NCBI GenBank assembly: GCA_001821765.1
Contig: MHOA01000001.1
Location: forward strand, 1,580-65,579
Origin: Candidatus Ryanbacteria bacterium RIFCSPLOWO2_12_FULL_44_26
Lineage (GTDB): Bacteria > Patescibacteriota > Minisyncoccia > Ryanbacterales > HO2-45-13
Direction: 5' to 3'
DNA: 64,000 nt
Shown: piece by piece, positions 10,049-18,219 of the stretch
Layout: each line of letters begins with the position of its first letter
Numbering within the stretch: position 1 is the stretch's first letter
Position numbers and translations under genes: made by a program
Notes under the pieces: generated by a model
Told to the model about the DNA's origin: nothing
What the model saw: the letters and a program-made list of their open reading frames with translations, nothing else
The model's database searches: none

Positions 10049-10178
10049 CTGACATGCATCGCGAGCGAAGAAGTCATCTGTGGATAACTTTTTCCTATTC
10101 AGAAAGGGCACTCTCACTTATAATGTAGATAAAGTATTGACGTCGAATTTTTAGCTCTTGAATTTGTTTGTAGTTCTT

Positions 10179-10691
10179 ATGCAAAAACAATCAGGATTTA
10201 CGTTGATTGAGCTTTTAATAGTAATTTCATTAATCGTTTTGCTCGCGTCAGTAGTATTCGTGGCGCTGAATCCTTTACAGCGCTTTCAGGACGCAAGAAA
10301 TGCCACGCGCATCACTGATGTAACATCAGTCGTGACCGCCCTTAAAGTGGATCAGGTTGATAACGGAGGAGCGTATCTTACAACAGTTGGCGTTTTAACC
10401 CCGGGAAGTACCTATATGATTTATGACAGCGTAGCTGGATCGGATTGTGCCGTAGCAATTCCGGCAGATTGCAACGTAAATTGTGCGGCTGTGACAAGCA
10501 CCACCCATAGTGTGGATTTAAGAGGACTGGTCACCGAGGGGTATCTGGGCAAAATGCCGATAAGTCCGAATGCGGTAGGAAGTTGGTCCGCCTCAAGAAC
10601 GGGATATGCCTTGACGTTAAACGCGAACAATTCCGTTTCAGTTGAAGCATGTGATGCGGAGGGCGGGGCGACGATTTTAGTAACGCAATAA
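10179..10691 (+). CDS. pilA: Type IV major pilin (PilA-like)
   Basis: Canonical MQKQSGFTLIELLIVISLIVLLASVV prepilin signal; C-terminal Cys pairs; followed by strong terminator. Confidence 0.8.
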   Translation: MQKQSGFTLIELLIVISLIVLLASVVFVALNPLQRFQDARNATRITDVTSVVTALKVDQVDNGGAYLTTVGVLTPGSTYMIYDSVAGSDCAVAIPADCNVNCAAVTSTTHSVDLRGLVTEGYLGKMPISPNAVGSWSASRTGYALTLNANNSVSVEACDAEGGATILVTQ

Positions 10692-10707
10692 TTCTTAGTA
10701 TAAAATT

Positions 10708-10746
10708 TTAAACAAACCCTGCATGTATGTGGGGTTTGTTTTTATA
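10708..10746 (+). terminator. Rho-independent terminator after pilin gene
   Basis: AACAAACCC / GGGTTTGTT stem followed by TTTT. Confidence 0.75.
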
Positions 10747-10977
10747 AAAAACTGTTTTTGTGAAAGGGTTGCGGTTGCTGGTGAATAGAAGGTTGTTTGT
10801 GACATCTGTCCAACGATGAGAGATAAAACATTTTACATGTGGGAGACAAGTTTATGCGCGAATATAAAAAAGTTTCCCCTATTATCCACCGTAATAAAAA
10901 AGCCCTGTCAGGCCCTTTGGATGGATTTTTGCTCAAACAGGGTATCAACGGCCCATGCGATTTGTTGCTTGCCGTTT

Positions 10978-11006
10978 CGGTGTCTTTGTTCTACAATATA
11001 TCCAGA
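10978..11006 (+). promoter_or_regulatory. Sigma70-like promoter (TTGCCG-17-TACAAT)
   Basis: Read from sequence; 14 nt upstream of GGAG RBS and ATG at 11020. Confidence 0.45.
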
Positions 11007-11019
11007 AAGGAGAAAAACC

Positions 11020-11223
11020 ATGCAACAGCGGGCATGTTTTGTGTGCGGAACTCCTATAAATAGCTGTTTTGGTTATGTGCTTGCCGGTGATTTCATTCAA
11101 GCACTGAATGGTCTGCTGGAATGGACAAAAGTTCGGGAGTTATGTGGGAAGTGTGTGGAAAAATATGAGTGGGAAAAAAGCGCAGGAAATATGAAAGGGA
11201 AAAAAGTGCAGGAGAAAGGATAG
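11020..11223 (+). CDS. Small Cys-rich zinc-ribbon-like protein (67 aa)
   Basis: GGAG RBS; CFVCG...CGKC two CxxC pairs; terminator hairpin directly after stop. Confidence 0.4.
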   Translation: MQQRACFVCGTPINSCFGYVLAGDFIQALNGLLEWTKVRELCGKCVEKYEWEKSAGNMKGKKVQEKG

Positions 11224-11253
11224 GTCATCTGTAAAAAAGATGACCTGTTTTTA
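11223..11253 (+). terminator. Rho-independent terminator
   Basis: GGTCATCT-loop-AGATGACC then TGTTTTT. Confidence 0.6.
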
Positions 11254-11398
11254 TATAAACCGTAAACCGAACTTTCTCTGTTAAAAAAAGGATCTCATTA
11301 AAATTTGTACACTTTCCTACGATCATAGTTTTTTGTGCAGATTTTTTAGCTGCACTTATATTCACCGGATGGTTTCGGCTTTTATACCAGACGTTTAC

Positions 11399-11611
11399 CT
11401 ATCCCTCTTTATTGTCTTCGTGCCAGTTTTTATGCCGTTCGCAACACCATGGATGCCAGCAACGTCCGCGCTTTTTTCCAAACAGCAGTGAAATTCCAAA
11501 AGCTATTAGAGCAATTGGCCAGAAAAAATCCCAGAAATCGCCAGGCATATATCCCAACGCCTGCAAAAGCCACAGAGCACCTATAATGATAAATAACAAT
11601 CCAGCAAACAT
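11399..11611 (-). CDS. Small membrane protein with LiaF/PspC-like transmembrane N-terminal region and Cys/His-rich tail
   Basis: LLFIIIGALWLLQALGYMPGDFWDFFWPIALIAFGISLLF then CWHPWCCERHKNWH. Confidence 0.45.
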   Translation of the reverse strand: MFAGLLFIIIGALWLLQALGYMPGDFWDFFWPIALIAFGISLLFGKKRGRCWHPWCCERHKNWHEDNKEG

Positions 11612-11776
11612 TATACTTATTGTATGTTCTTTTAATGGTTTTCGTCAACAAAAAGCGTGTAAGCTGTGTTGGTTATTCCATTATGCGGACAACTTTGATT
11701 GCGCGCTCGTTTCGTGATATAAGGGCAATGGAGTAATGTCTTTTGATGAAGAGAAAAACATGGAAGGAAAAAATCA

Positions 11777-12055
11777 ATGGAAATGATTCTTTCAGTGCCG
11801 ACAGAAAAGATTGAGCCGAGATATCCTGTCGAGGAACTCCCTACGCACTTTAATAAGAAGGTTGACTTGCCGTTTGTTCCGCATATTGGAGTGGAGTTTA
11901 TTTTAAGCTCCGGATATATCAAGGAAGTTGAGGGTATAGTGACCAAGCTGGAGTACTGGCTTGAAAGCGATGAACTGTATGTAACGATTGATGTGAATAA
12001 AGATAACTTTGAACCTTGTTACTTCTGGGAGACTGGTTGGAAGGATGTTGGTTAG
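11777..12055 (+). CDS. Hypothetical protein (92 aa)
   Basis: ORF with upstream purine-rich region, no recognisable domain. Confidence 0.35.
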   Translation: MEMILSVPTEKIEPRYPVEELPTHFNKKVDLPFVPHIGVEFILSSGYIKEVEGIVTKLEYWLESDELYVTIDVNKDNFEPCYFWETGWKDVG

Positions 12056-12292
12056 TACTTTCTCTCCAGCCCGTTTACTGGTTATAAGACTGGGGCGGGC
12101 TTTTTTATATATCATTACTCTTGTTTTTTGTTTTAAACCATAAATATATTGACAAATTCAACATAAAATTGATCAAAGAGCTGATCCCGTTAGCAATTCA
12201 TTTATGACTTTCTTTTCGTGATGTCTGCAAGGGAAACCGACTCCGTTTCCGTTTATTTCCATAGATACATAATAATAGTGGATTTTTTGCGG

Positions 12293-12321
12293 TTGACATC
12301 CTCGCCGTTCTCGTGTATAAA
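12293..12321 (+). promoter_or_regulatory. Sigma70-like promoter TTGACA-17-TATAAA
   Basis: Consensus -35, 17-nt spacer, followed by AGGAG RBS and ATG at 12348. Confidence 0.6.
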
Positions 12322-12347
12322 GGAGTGGAACTTTTAAGGAGAAGGCA

Positions 12348-12665
12348 ATGAGAGGAAAAGACAATGCGCTTTTGGAAGCGCTTGTGGCCAAGCACGGTCC
12401 GGATTCTGTTTTCGGCAAGATGCTTTTAGAGGAAAGAGAAGTGGATAGAAGAATGTCAAAGTGGCACCGATCACCTCAATGCTTCATCCCGTGGATTTTA
12501 TGTGGAATGACTTTCGTAGTGGCCCTGTTTCTTCTTTCATTTTTCGTGAGTACCGCAATACTTATCTTCATCGGTAACTTTCTTGCCATGGCATGGTTGT
12601 TGCAGCGAGAGGACGATATGTTCCAAAAAGCCTCAAAGGAGGTTTCCAGGGCACAACTTCACTGA
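12348..12665 (+). CDS. Small membrane protein (105 aa), hypothetical
   Basis: Strong promoter+RBS; two predicted TM helices; terminator downstream. Confidence 0.55.
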   Translation: MRGKDNALLEALVAKHGPDSVFGKMLLEEREVDRRMSKWHRSPQCFIPWILCGMTFVVALFLLSFFVSTAILIFIGNFLAMAWLLQREDDMFQKASKEVSRAQLH

Positions 12666-12745
12666 ACGAGAGCCGATTTCAGTAAAAGTCCTAAGCACGA
12701 CTATAAAAGGCTTTTATATATTTGACCGTCACCTTTTTGGCAAAC

Positions 12746-12775
12746 AAAAAGCGAGGGGTTGACTCGCTTTTTGTA
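12746..12775 (+). terminator. Rho-independent terminator
   Basis: AAAAAGCGAG-gggttgac-CTCGCTTTTT. Confidence 0.6.
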
Positions 12776-12789
12776 CTGTGATACGCTTG

Positions 12790-13062
12790 TTTCAGCGGTG
12801 GTGGTTCTGTGCCAAGAGACGGCGTTCGGAGGGGAACCCTCTCTCCCCACTTCCCTACGGGGAAACCCGTATTCCCCTCGGAGGTCTTTCTTTTTTGGCA
12901 CGGGGCCACCACCCACCAGCTCTCTGACGATTGAGAGTTTTGTGACAGGCGTGTCTCCTTTAAAGGACACATTGCCCGAAATGTCGAGGCCTGTTGCCTT
13001 GCCCTTGGTAATGTTTCTTAAAAAAGCGTGAAAACGCGGAAACCTCTTACCAAGGGCTTTTT
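12790..13062 (+). ncRNA. Candidate structured non-coding RNA (unassigned family), GC-rich with GNRA-capped hairpins
   Basis: No convincing ORF; nested pairings GGTGGTGG...CCACCACC, CGGG-GAAA-CCCG, GAGGG-GAA-CCCTC, CTCTC...GAGAG, GTGTC...GACAC; ends in CCCTTGGTAA...TTACCAAGGG + TTTTTT. Confidence 0.3.
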
Positions 13063-13380
13063 TATTTAATGTTTCCCTCATGCTTGTGTAAGATGAGCAT
13101 AGAACATTTGATTAAAATCAAAGAAGATACAAACCCAAAAGGTAAAGAACAAACAGCGCTAGAGAAAGTAAGAAAAAAATTTCCTGCTGTTGTTGAATTA
13201 GAACTTTACCGAATTACAGATGGACGGATTAGTTTTTTACCTTAAACTCTTTATATATCAAGGAATATAATATCTTTATCAAATTTATCCACAGAAATTT
13301 CTTGACATTTTTTCATATTTATTATCCTATGTAATATAATAAAAGTGTCCTAGAATTAGGATGCCCAAGTGGGCTTAAGA

Positions 13381-13421
13381 GCCCCCCGTGAGCGTTAAGC
13401 GGTCGCGGGGGGCATTTTTTT
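13381..13421 (+). terminator. Rho-independent terminator (GCCCCCCG...CGGGGGGC + T7)
   Basis: 8-bp GC stem followed by ATTTTTTT; lies ~75 nt downstream of a TTGACA box at 13303. Confidence 0.55.
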
Positions 13422-13477
13422 AAATTAAAAATCCCCAACACTTTTGTTGCCAGAAACATACTTGACGGCATTTGGAG

Positions 13478-13525
13478 TTTTAAATATAAAAGAGCCGCTT
13501 TCATGATCTTGCATGCAAGCGGCTC
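13478..13525 (-). terminator. Rho-independent terminator for the minus-strand nuclease gene
   Basis: GAGCCGCTT-loop-AAGCGGCTC; on minus strand followed by TTTTATATTT. Confidence 0.6.
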
Positions 13526-13550
13526 CAACCTTGGCTTTAAACGCCCTCTT

Positions 13551-14708
13551 TTAATCAAGGTGCATTGACAGTTTTGCTTTTCCTCTCTTGACCCGCCGTT
13601 TATGTTTTTCAAACGGCATGTCTCTTCTGTGTCTTTCCCTGTATTTCTTGTACTTGAATTGGATGTTCAGCGACAACTGTTCGCTTTGTGGTTCAGTTCT
13701 GTGTCGTGAAAGAAATTCGGAAACAACGTGTTCCCTAAAGGCGTCGGTGTCAGCATTTTGCGGCTGGCGAAAAGGGCATATTTGTTCAAACTTGCACGAT
13801 GAACAGTAAGGGCCGGGCCTTGGAACAAAGTGCCCTCTCTCCACGTCTTCCGGGTTTAGAAACCGAAACGGCAGTTCTCTCGCGCGCGGCGAATCTGGCG
13901 CGAGAATGTTTTGGACTTTGGCTCTGGCTTCGTCAAAAAGACATTCCAGGTTGTAGAAGTGGTATTTATTTCTCAGGGGCACTTCCACGATTTCTTGTCT
14001 GGCAAGCAGCAGCGCTCGCATTTTTTCCGGCACGATGCCAAATTTGTGCCAGAGGGCATATTGGATAACGGTAAACTGGAGGTCACGCACCGCTTTTTCT
14101 TCTGGAAAGGAGGCCATACCGGTTTTATAGTCGTCAACGATAAAACCGCCATGTTCGATCGGCTGTTTCCTGTCGATAATACACACCAGACGTATGCCTG
14201 TTGGGGTCTCAATTCTCACTTCTTCTTCAACGGTCGGGGCAAGAGGATGTGGCGGCAGAAGGTAACGATTCTCATCCCAGAATCTGGAAAGGATATGGTG
14301 TCCGCGGCCGAAATGTACTCCGGGCTCTTTTCCATTCCGTCCCTCGGGCATTCTCCAGCGTATCGGATCTTTTCCATCAGGCGATATCGGGTATTGGTAT
14401 GTAAGAATGCTTCCAAACCATTCACCTCTCCATTTTTTCAGAAAATCTTCTTTGCTCTTGCATGGTTTTGTAAAAAACAGCTCCAGTCTTTTATGAATGG
14501 CTCTTCCGGCTATCAGTTCAATGGGCTCCGGAACGGGCGGGTCGGGTGGGTCTATATACTCTAAGCGAAACTGTTCTCCGCACGGCTCCAATCTTCCAAG
14601 TTTCGTTACACTCCATTCTTCCCACATCCTTTTTTTCTGTGCAGGTGTTCGAAGCCGCCACGGCGTCTTCGGTCTAACCTTTTTCGGATCGGCGTTTTTA
14701 ATAGTCAT
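13551..14708 (-). CDS. Cas4-like PD-(D/E)XK nuclease with 4-Cys Fe-S cluster motif (stand-alone, no CRISPR context)
   Basis: N-terminal Cys (EPCGEQF), catalytic IVDDYKTG (D..D/ExK), C-terminal CSSCKFEQIC (Cx2Cx5C) as in Cas4/AddB nuclease domain; very basic C-terminal tail. Confidence 0.6.
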   Translation of the reverse strand: MTIKNADPKKVRPKTPWRLRTPAQKKRMWEEWSVTKLGRLEPCGEQFRLEYIDPPDPPVPEPIELIAGRAIHKRLELFFTKPCKSKEDFLKKWRGEWFGSILTYQYPISPDGKDPIRWRMPEGRNGKEPGVHFGRGHHILSRFWDENRYLLPPHPLAPTVEEEVRIETPTGIRLVCIIDRKQPIEHGGFIVDDYKTGMASFPEEKAVRDLQFTVIQYALWHKFGIVPEKMRALLLARQEIVEVPLRNKYHFYNLECLFDEARAKVQNILAPDSPRARELPFRFLNPEDVERGHFVPRPGPYCSSCKFEQICPFRQPQNADTDAFREHVVSEFLSRHRTEPQSEQLSLNIQFKYKKYRERHRRDMPFEKHKRRVKRGKAKLSMHLD

Positions 14709-14794
14709 GTTTCCGTCCTTTTAATTTGAAGGTTCGTCCTTTTAGAGAGTACGAAAAATAACCACGATATGCAAATAAAAACACCTCTGATATT

Positions 14795-15145
14795 TCACAG
14801 AGGTGATGTTTCAGCCAAGAAGGCATGTGTGTCAACTCTTTCAAGGGAACACAATATATCGTTTCCCATGACGCAGATACTGTTTTTAAGGGACTTTTTC
14901 TTTGCCAATGAGCATGTCTCGAGCCGTCCGTTTAATCGCGCCTCAAGCGTGTCAAGGTTGATAATAACCCCGTTCCGTTCCAGCGCTTTGTCGATCCCAA
15001 ACACGATCTCCTTATAATTTCTATACTTCTGTATATGTGTAAAACATATGTGTTCAAAGCAATCATATGGAAGTCGGTGTTGGTGTAGAATTCTTTCTAT
15101 GTCGTTTTGTATCCTTTCAAGAACGCGTTTGGAGGGTGTTTTCAT
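14795..15145 (-). CDS. Hypothetical protein co-oriented upstream of Cas4-like nuclease
   Basis: Internal Met (MKTPSKRVLERIQ) preceded by AAGGGGGAAA RBS; ~116 aa, no known domain. Confidence 0.4.
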   Translation of the reverse strand: MKTPSKRVLERIQNDIERILHQHRLPYDCFEHICFTHIQKYRNYKEIVFGIDKALERNGVIINLDTLEARLNGRLETCSLAKKKSLKNSICVMGNDILCSLERVDTHAFLAETSPL

Positions 15146-15243
15146 TGCTATTTCCCCCTTTCTTTTTATACGATAAAGCAAACAGGCCAACTGTCAATAG
15201 CACCGGGTAAAGTGCCAGCAGTGTTTGTGCATCGCCCCATCAG

Positions 15244-15272
15244 TTGACACATTAGTATAAATAATGTATAAT
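15244..15272 (+). promoter_or_regulatory. Near-consensus sigma70 promoter TTGACA-17-TATAAT, only 7 nt before the ATG (leaderless mRNA likely)
   Basis: Read from sequence. Confidence 0.55.
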
Positions 15273-15279
15273 TCCCGCT

Positions 15280-16995
15280 ATGCGTATCATACGATTACAT
15301 GGCTATATTCCGCTTTTATCGTTTGCTTTTTTGTGCATTTATAGTGTCTTCGACTTTGCATATGCCGCAAAAGCGGCTGATGAGCCGGCGGCTCTTACCA
15401 GACACGCGCTTTCGGTGGAAGAGAGATCTGCTGTCTTAAACGGGCTTGTTTTTCCAGGCGATGATTTAACGACATCAGCGTGGTTTGAATGGGGTAAAAC
15501 TGAAACCCTCGGGAGCACAACAGGCCGTCAATCATTTAAAGGAATAGCGGAGGTATCTGATAAGATCACTGGTTTAGATCGCGGTGTCACTTATTTTTTT
15601 AGGCTTATCGCGAGTAATAGTAATGGCACTGACAAAGGCACTATCTTTAAATTTAAAACCAGTATGGAAAGTTCACTGAATGACGAGAATGATGATGAAG
15701 ACAACGGAAGAGTCAGTGATGATGTAACTTCAGCGTTTTTACGTCCTGTCGTTCAAACGCGTTCAAGTGACCATATTTCGGAAACAAGTGTAGTGCTTCA
15801 CGGTCACGCAAAAAGCGGTCTGGAAGATGAAAAGACGACTGTATGGTTTCAATGGGGAGCACGGCCTGCACTCGGTAAAACAACCCCGCCGCAGACGTTT
15901 ACCGGAGACGTGTTTGATTTTAGTGTTCCGTTGCTGGAACTGAAACCGAACATCCAGTATTATTACCGCGCGGTTGCAGAAAATGAAGAGGGGATTTCGC
16001 TCGGGCAGGTTCTTACGTTTGTTACGGCATCTCCGCCAGTGCAGACTGCGGGCGATGCTGATTTTTTAACGGTAGCCACTAAAGGCGCTGAAAATATCAC
16101 AGAGCATAGTGTAACCCTTCAAGGGCTTGCGCTTCTTAGATCATCAAAGGCTGTTGGATGGTTTGAATGGGGAGAAACTACTGAGATGAAAAATAAAGCT
16201 CCAAAGACGCCGCTTGAAAAAATAAACACCGTCAATTCATTTTACTCATCTATATCAGGTTTACAGCCGGATACCACTTATTTCTATCGTGCCTTAGCAG
16301 ATGATGGTTTTGGCGTTAAAAAGGGAAGCCTTCTCAGTTTCAGAAGTAAACTAAAAACAATGGCACCGCCTGTTGGTCAGAAAATTCTTCCATCACCCCA
16401 AGCACAGGGCGTTGGAGGCACTGGAGGCACACTGACCATAGAATCAGACAGCAAAGAGATTCAAAAGGGAGATGCCGTACGCTACACGGTGAGGTACCAC
16501 AATAACGGCGATATGAACTTTTCAGAAGCTTCGATAAAAATTATTTTTCCCGCGGTTATTGCCTATAAAGGCAGTGATATTCAGAATGTAAGCGTGACAA
16601 ACGGAGATGTGGTAGTTTCCATTGGAACAGTTAAGGCAAATGACAGCGGGACATTTACAATTCATACTGATGTGCAGGGCGCTGTGTCTCATAAGGGCAG
16701 TTTAACCGTTGTCGCCGTTTTAAGTTTTACACATCCGCTGGTTGATGAAAAAGTGCACATACCAAGCTTTACCTCGCATGAAGTAAAGGCGGATTTGAAC
16801 GGCGTTGCAGATGTAGCCGGTTCGGGGTTCTGGCCGTCAACCATTACAGGATGGCTGATTTTGATGCTGCTGGTGCTTCTGATTTTCGTTGCTATTGTAA
16901 AACTGTACAAACGATCAGCTAGTAGGGAAAGAAACAAGGGCAATAAAGTGATGCCGGCGCCGGGTGATGTATTTCATCCTTCCGAGAATACATAA
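15280..16995 (+). CDS. Cell-surface protein: signal peptide, four FN3-like repeats, DUF11-like domain, C-terminal TM anchor
   Basis: Repeats of WFEWG...T..Y.YR..A.N..G...G....F.T pattern x4; C-terminal WLILMLLVLLIFVAIV + KLYKRS. Confidence 0.55.
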   Translation: MRIIRLHGYIPLLSFAFLCIYSVFDFAYAAKAADEPAALTRHALSVEERSAVLNGLVFPGDDLTTSAWFEWGKTETLGSTTGRQSFKGIAEVSDKITGLDRGVTYFFRLIASNSNGTDKGTIFKFKTSMESSLNDENDDEDNGRVSDDVTSAFLRPVVQTRSSDHISETSVVLHGHAKSGLEDEKTTVWFQWGARPALGKTTPPQTFTGDVFDFSVPLLELKPNIQYYYRAVAENEEGISLGQVLTFVTASPPVQTAGDADFLTVATKGAENITEHSVTLQGLALLRSSKAVGWFEWGETTEMKNKAPKTPLEKINTVNSFYSSISGLQPDTTYFYRALADDGFGVKKGSLLSFRSKLKTMAPPVGQKILPSPQAQGVGGTGGTLTIESDSKEIQKGDAVRYTVRYHNNGDMNFSEASIKIIFPAVIAYKGSDIQNVSVTNGDVVVSIGTVKANDSGTFTIHTDVQGAVSHKGSLTVVAVLSFTHPLVDEKVHIPSFTSHEVKADLNGVADVAGSGFWPSTITGWLILMLLVLLIFVAIVKLYKRSASRERNKGNKVMPAPGDVFHPSENT

Positions 16996-17144
16996 ACTCT
17001 TTATAAAACAAAGAAAGTATCCTGCATGGTTTTTTTTAGCCGCCGGGCTTTTTTGTGTGCGCGATTTTTTTACGGGGATTGGACTTTGAGCGGGATTTGT
17101 TTACTATGGAGTTATTTATCAAGCGAAGCTGAATCGGCAATACA

Positions 17145-18212
17145 ATGATTGAGCAAAAAAACATAGAAAGCCCTTCTTTTTTTATTGGCCTTGACGATAA
17201 AGATATTATTTCATTTGGAAGCGGCCAGCCGGATTTAAGCCCTCCAAAGGAGGTGTATAACATTCTTCCCACATACTCTGCGTTTCGATACGGCAGGATT
17301 GAAGGTGATAAGGAACTTCGTATCGCTCTTGCAGCGCAATATCCAAAAGCCGCTGCGGAGAATTTTGTTATCACGAACGGAGCTTCTGAAGCGCTTGATT
17401 TGTGTTTTAGGGTTCTTGCCGGAATGAAAGGAAAAAAGAAAATTCTTTTGCCGAGCCCTTATTATTATTCTTATCCTTTTATAGTAAAGTTTGCGGGACT
17501 TGAGTCGCTTTATACCAAACTGAAAGCAGGTAGGATTGATATAAATGATTTTAGTGCAAAAATTAAGAAATGCGCAGCGGTGTTGATCAATTCCCCGTCA
17601 AATCCGACAGGGAGAATTGAAGCTATTGGCACGCTTAAAGAAATTGAGCGGATTACAAAACAGCTTGGTATTTATGTGATTTCGGATGAAGTATACAAGG
17701 ATCTTATTTACGAGCGGGAAAATTATCTCATTAAAGGGCCTCGTGTTATAACGGTAAACTCGTTTTCAAAAACGTTTGCGATGTGCGGTTTGCGTGTGGG
17801 GTACCTGTATTCTTTGGATGCCGACTTTATTCGCCGTGTTATTGAAATGAAGACGCATGTCTCCATGAATACAAATATTTTAGCTCAGGCAATGGCGCTT
17901 GAAGCAACCAGAGTTCCGAGAAGTTACGTCGATTCGCAGATTGCTGTTTGGAGAGAGCGCCGTGATTTTATTTATGACGGGCTCAAATCAATTGGATTAG
18001 ATCTTTGGAAACCGGAAGGCGCGTTTTACGTTTTTCCGAAGGTAAAAAACGCAAGTAAAGCGGTAAGCGATCTTTTTTACAAGCAGAAAGTCATTGTGTA
18101 CGATGGGGCGTGGTTCGGGAGTCCCGGAAGGATTCGTTTAAGCTATGCGCTTGATAAGGAAAAAATCCGGGAAGGCATTAAGCGCATAAACTCGTATCTT
18201 ACCCGGCAGTAG
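17145..18212 (+). CDS. PLP-dependent aminotransferase class I/II
   Basis: SFSKTFAMCGLRVGY PLP-lysine motif; 355 aa. Confidence 0.8.
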   Translation: MIEQKNIESPSFFIGLDDKDIISFGSGQPDLSPPKEVYNILPTYSAFRYGRIEGDKELRIALAAQYPKAAAENFVITNGASEALDLCFRVLAGMKGKKKILLPSPYYYSYPFIVKFAGLESLYTKLKAGRIDINDFSAKIKKCAAVLINSPSNPTGRIEAIGTLKEIERITKQLGIYVISDEVYKDLIYERENYLIKGPRVITVNSFSKTFAMCGLRVGYLYSLDADFIRRVIEMKTHVSMNTNILAQAMALEATRVPRSYVDSQIAVWRERRDFIYDGLKSIGLDLWKPEGAFYVFPKVKNASKAVSDLFYKQKVIVYDGAWFGSPGRIRLSYALDKEKIREGIKRINSYLTRQ

Positions 18213-18219
18213 GTTTTGC

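Noticed and set aside
12790-13062. Assigning the 12.8-kb structured RNA or the 59.9-kb RNA to RNase P or tmRNA
   Set aside because: RNase P P4 signatures (GGAAAGUCCGG / ACAGAANCCGG at proper spacing) and tmRNA tag-ORF/tRNA-like ends were not found; left unassigned.
12701-13081. Overlapping ORFs on both strands (93-126 aa) in the 12.7-13.1 kb region
   Set aside because: Mutually overlapping, no RBS, and GC-rich repetitive codons produced by stacked hairpins; consistent with a structured RNA rather than coding sequence.
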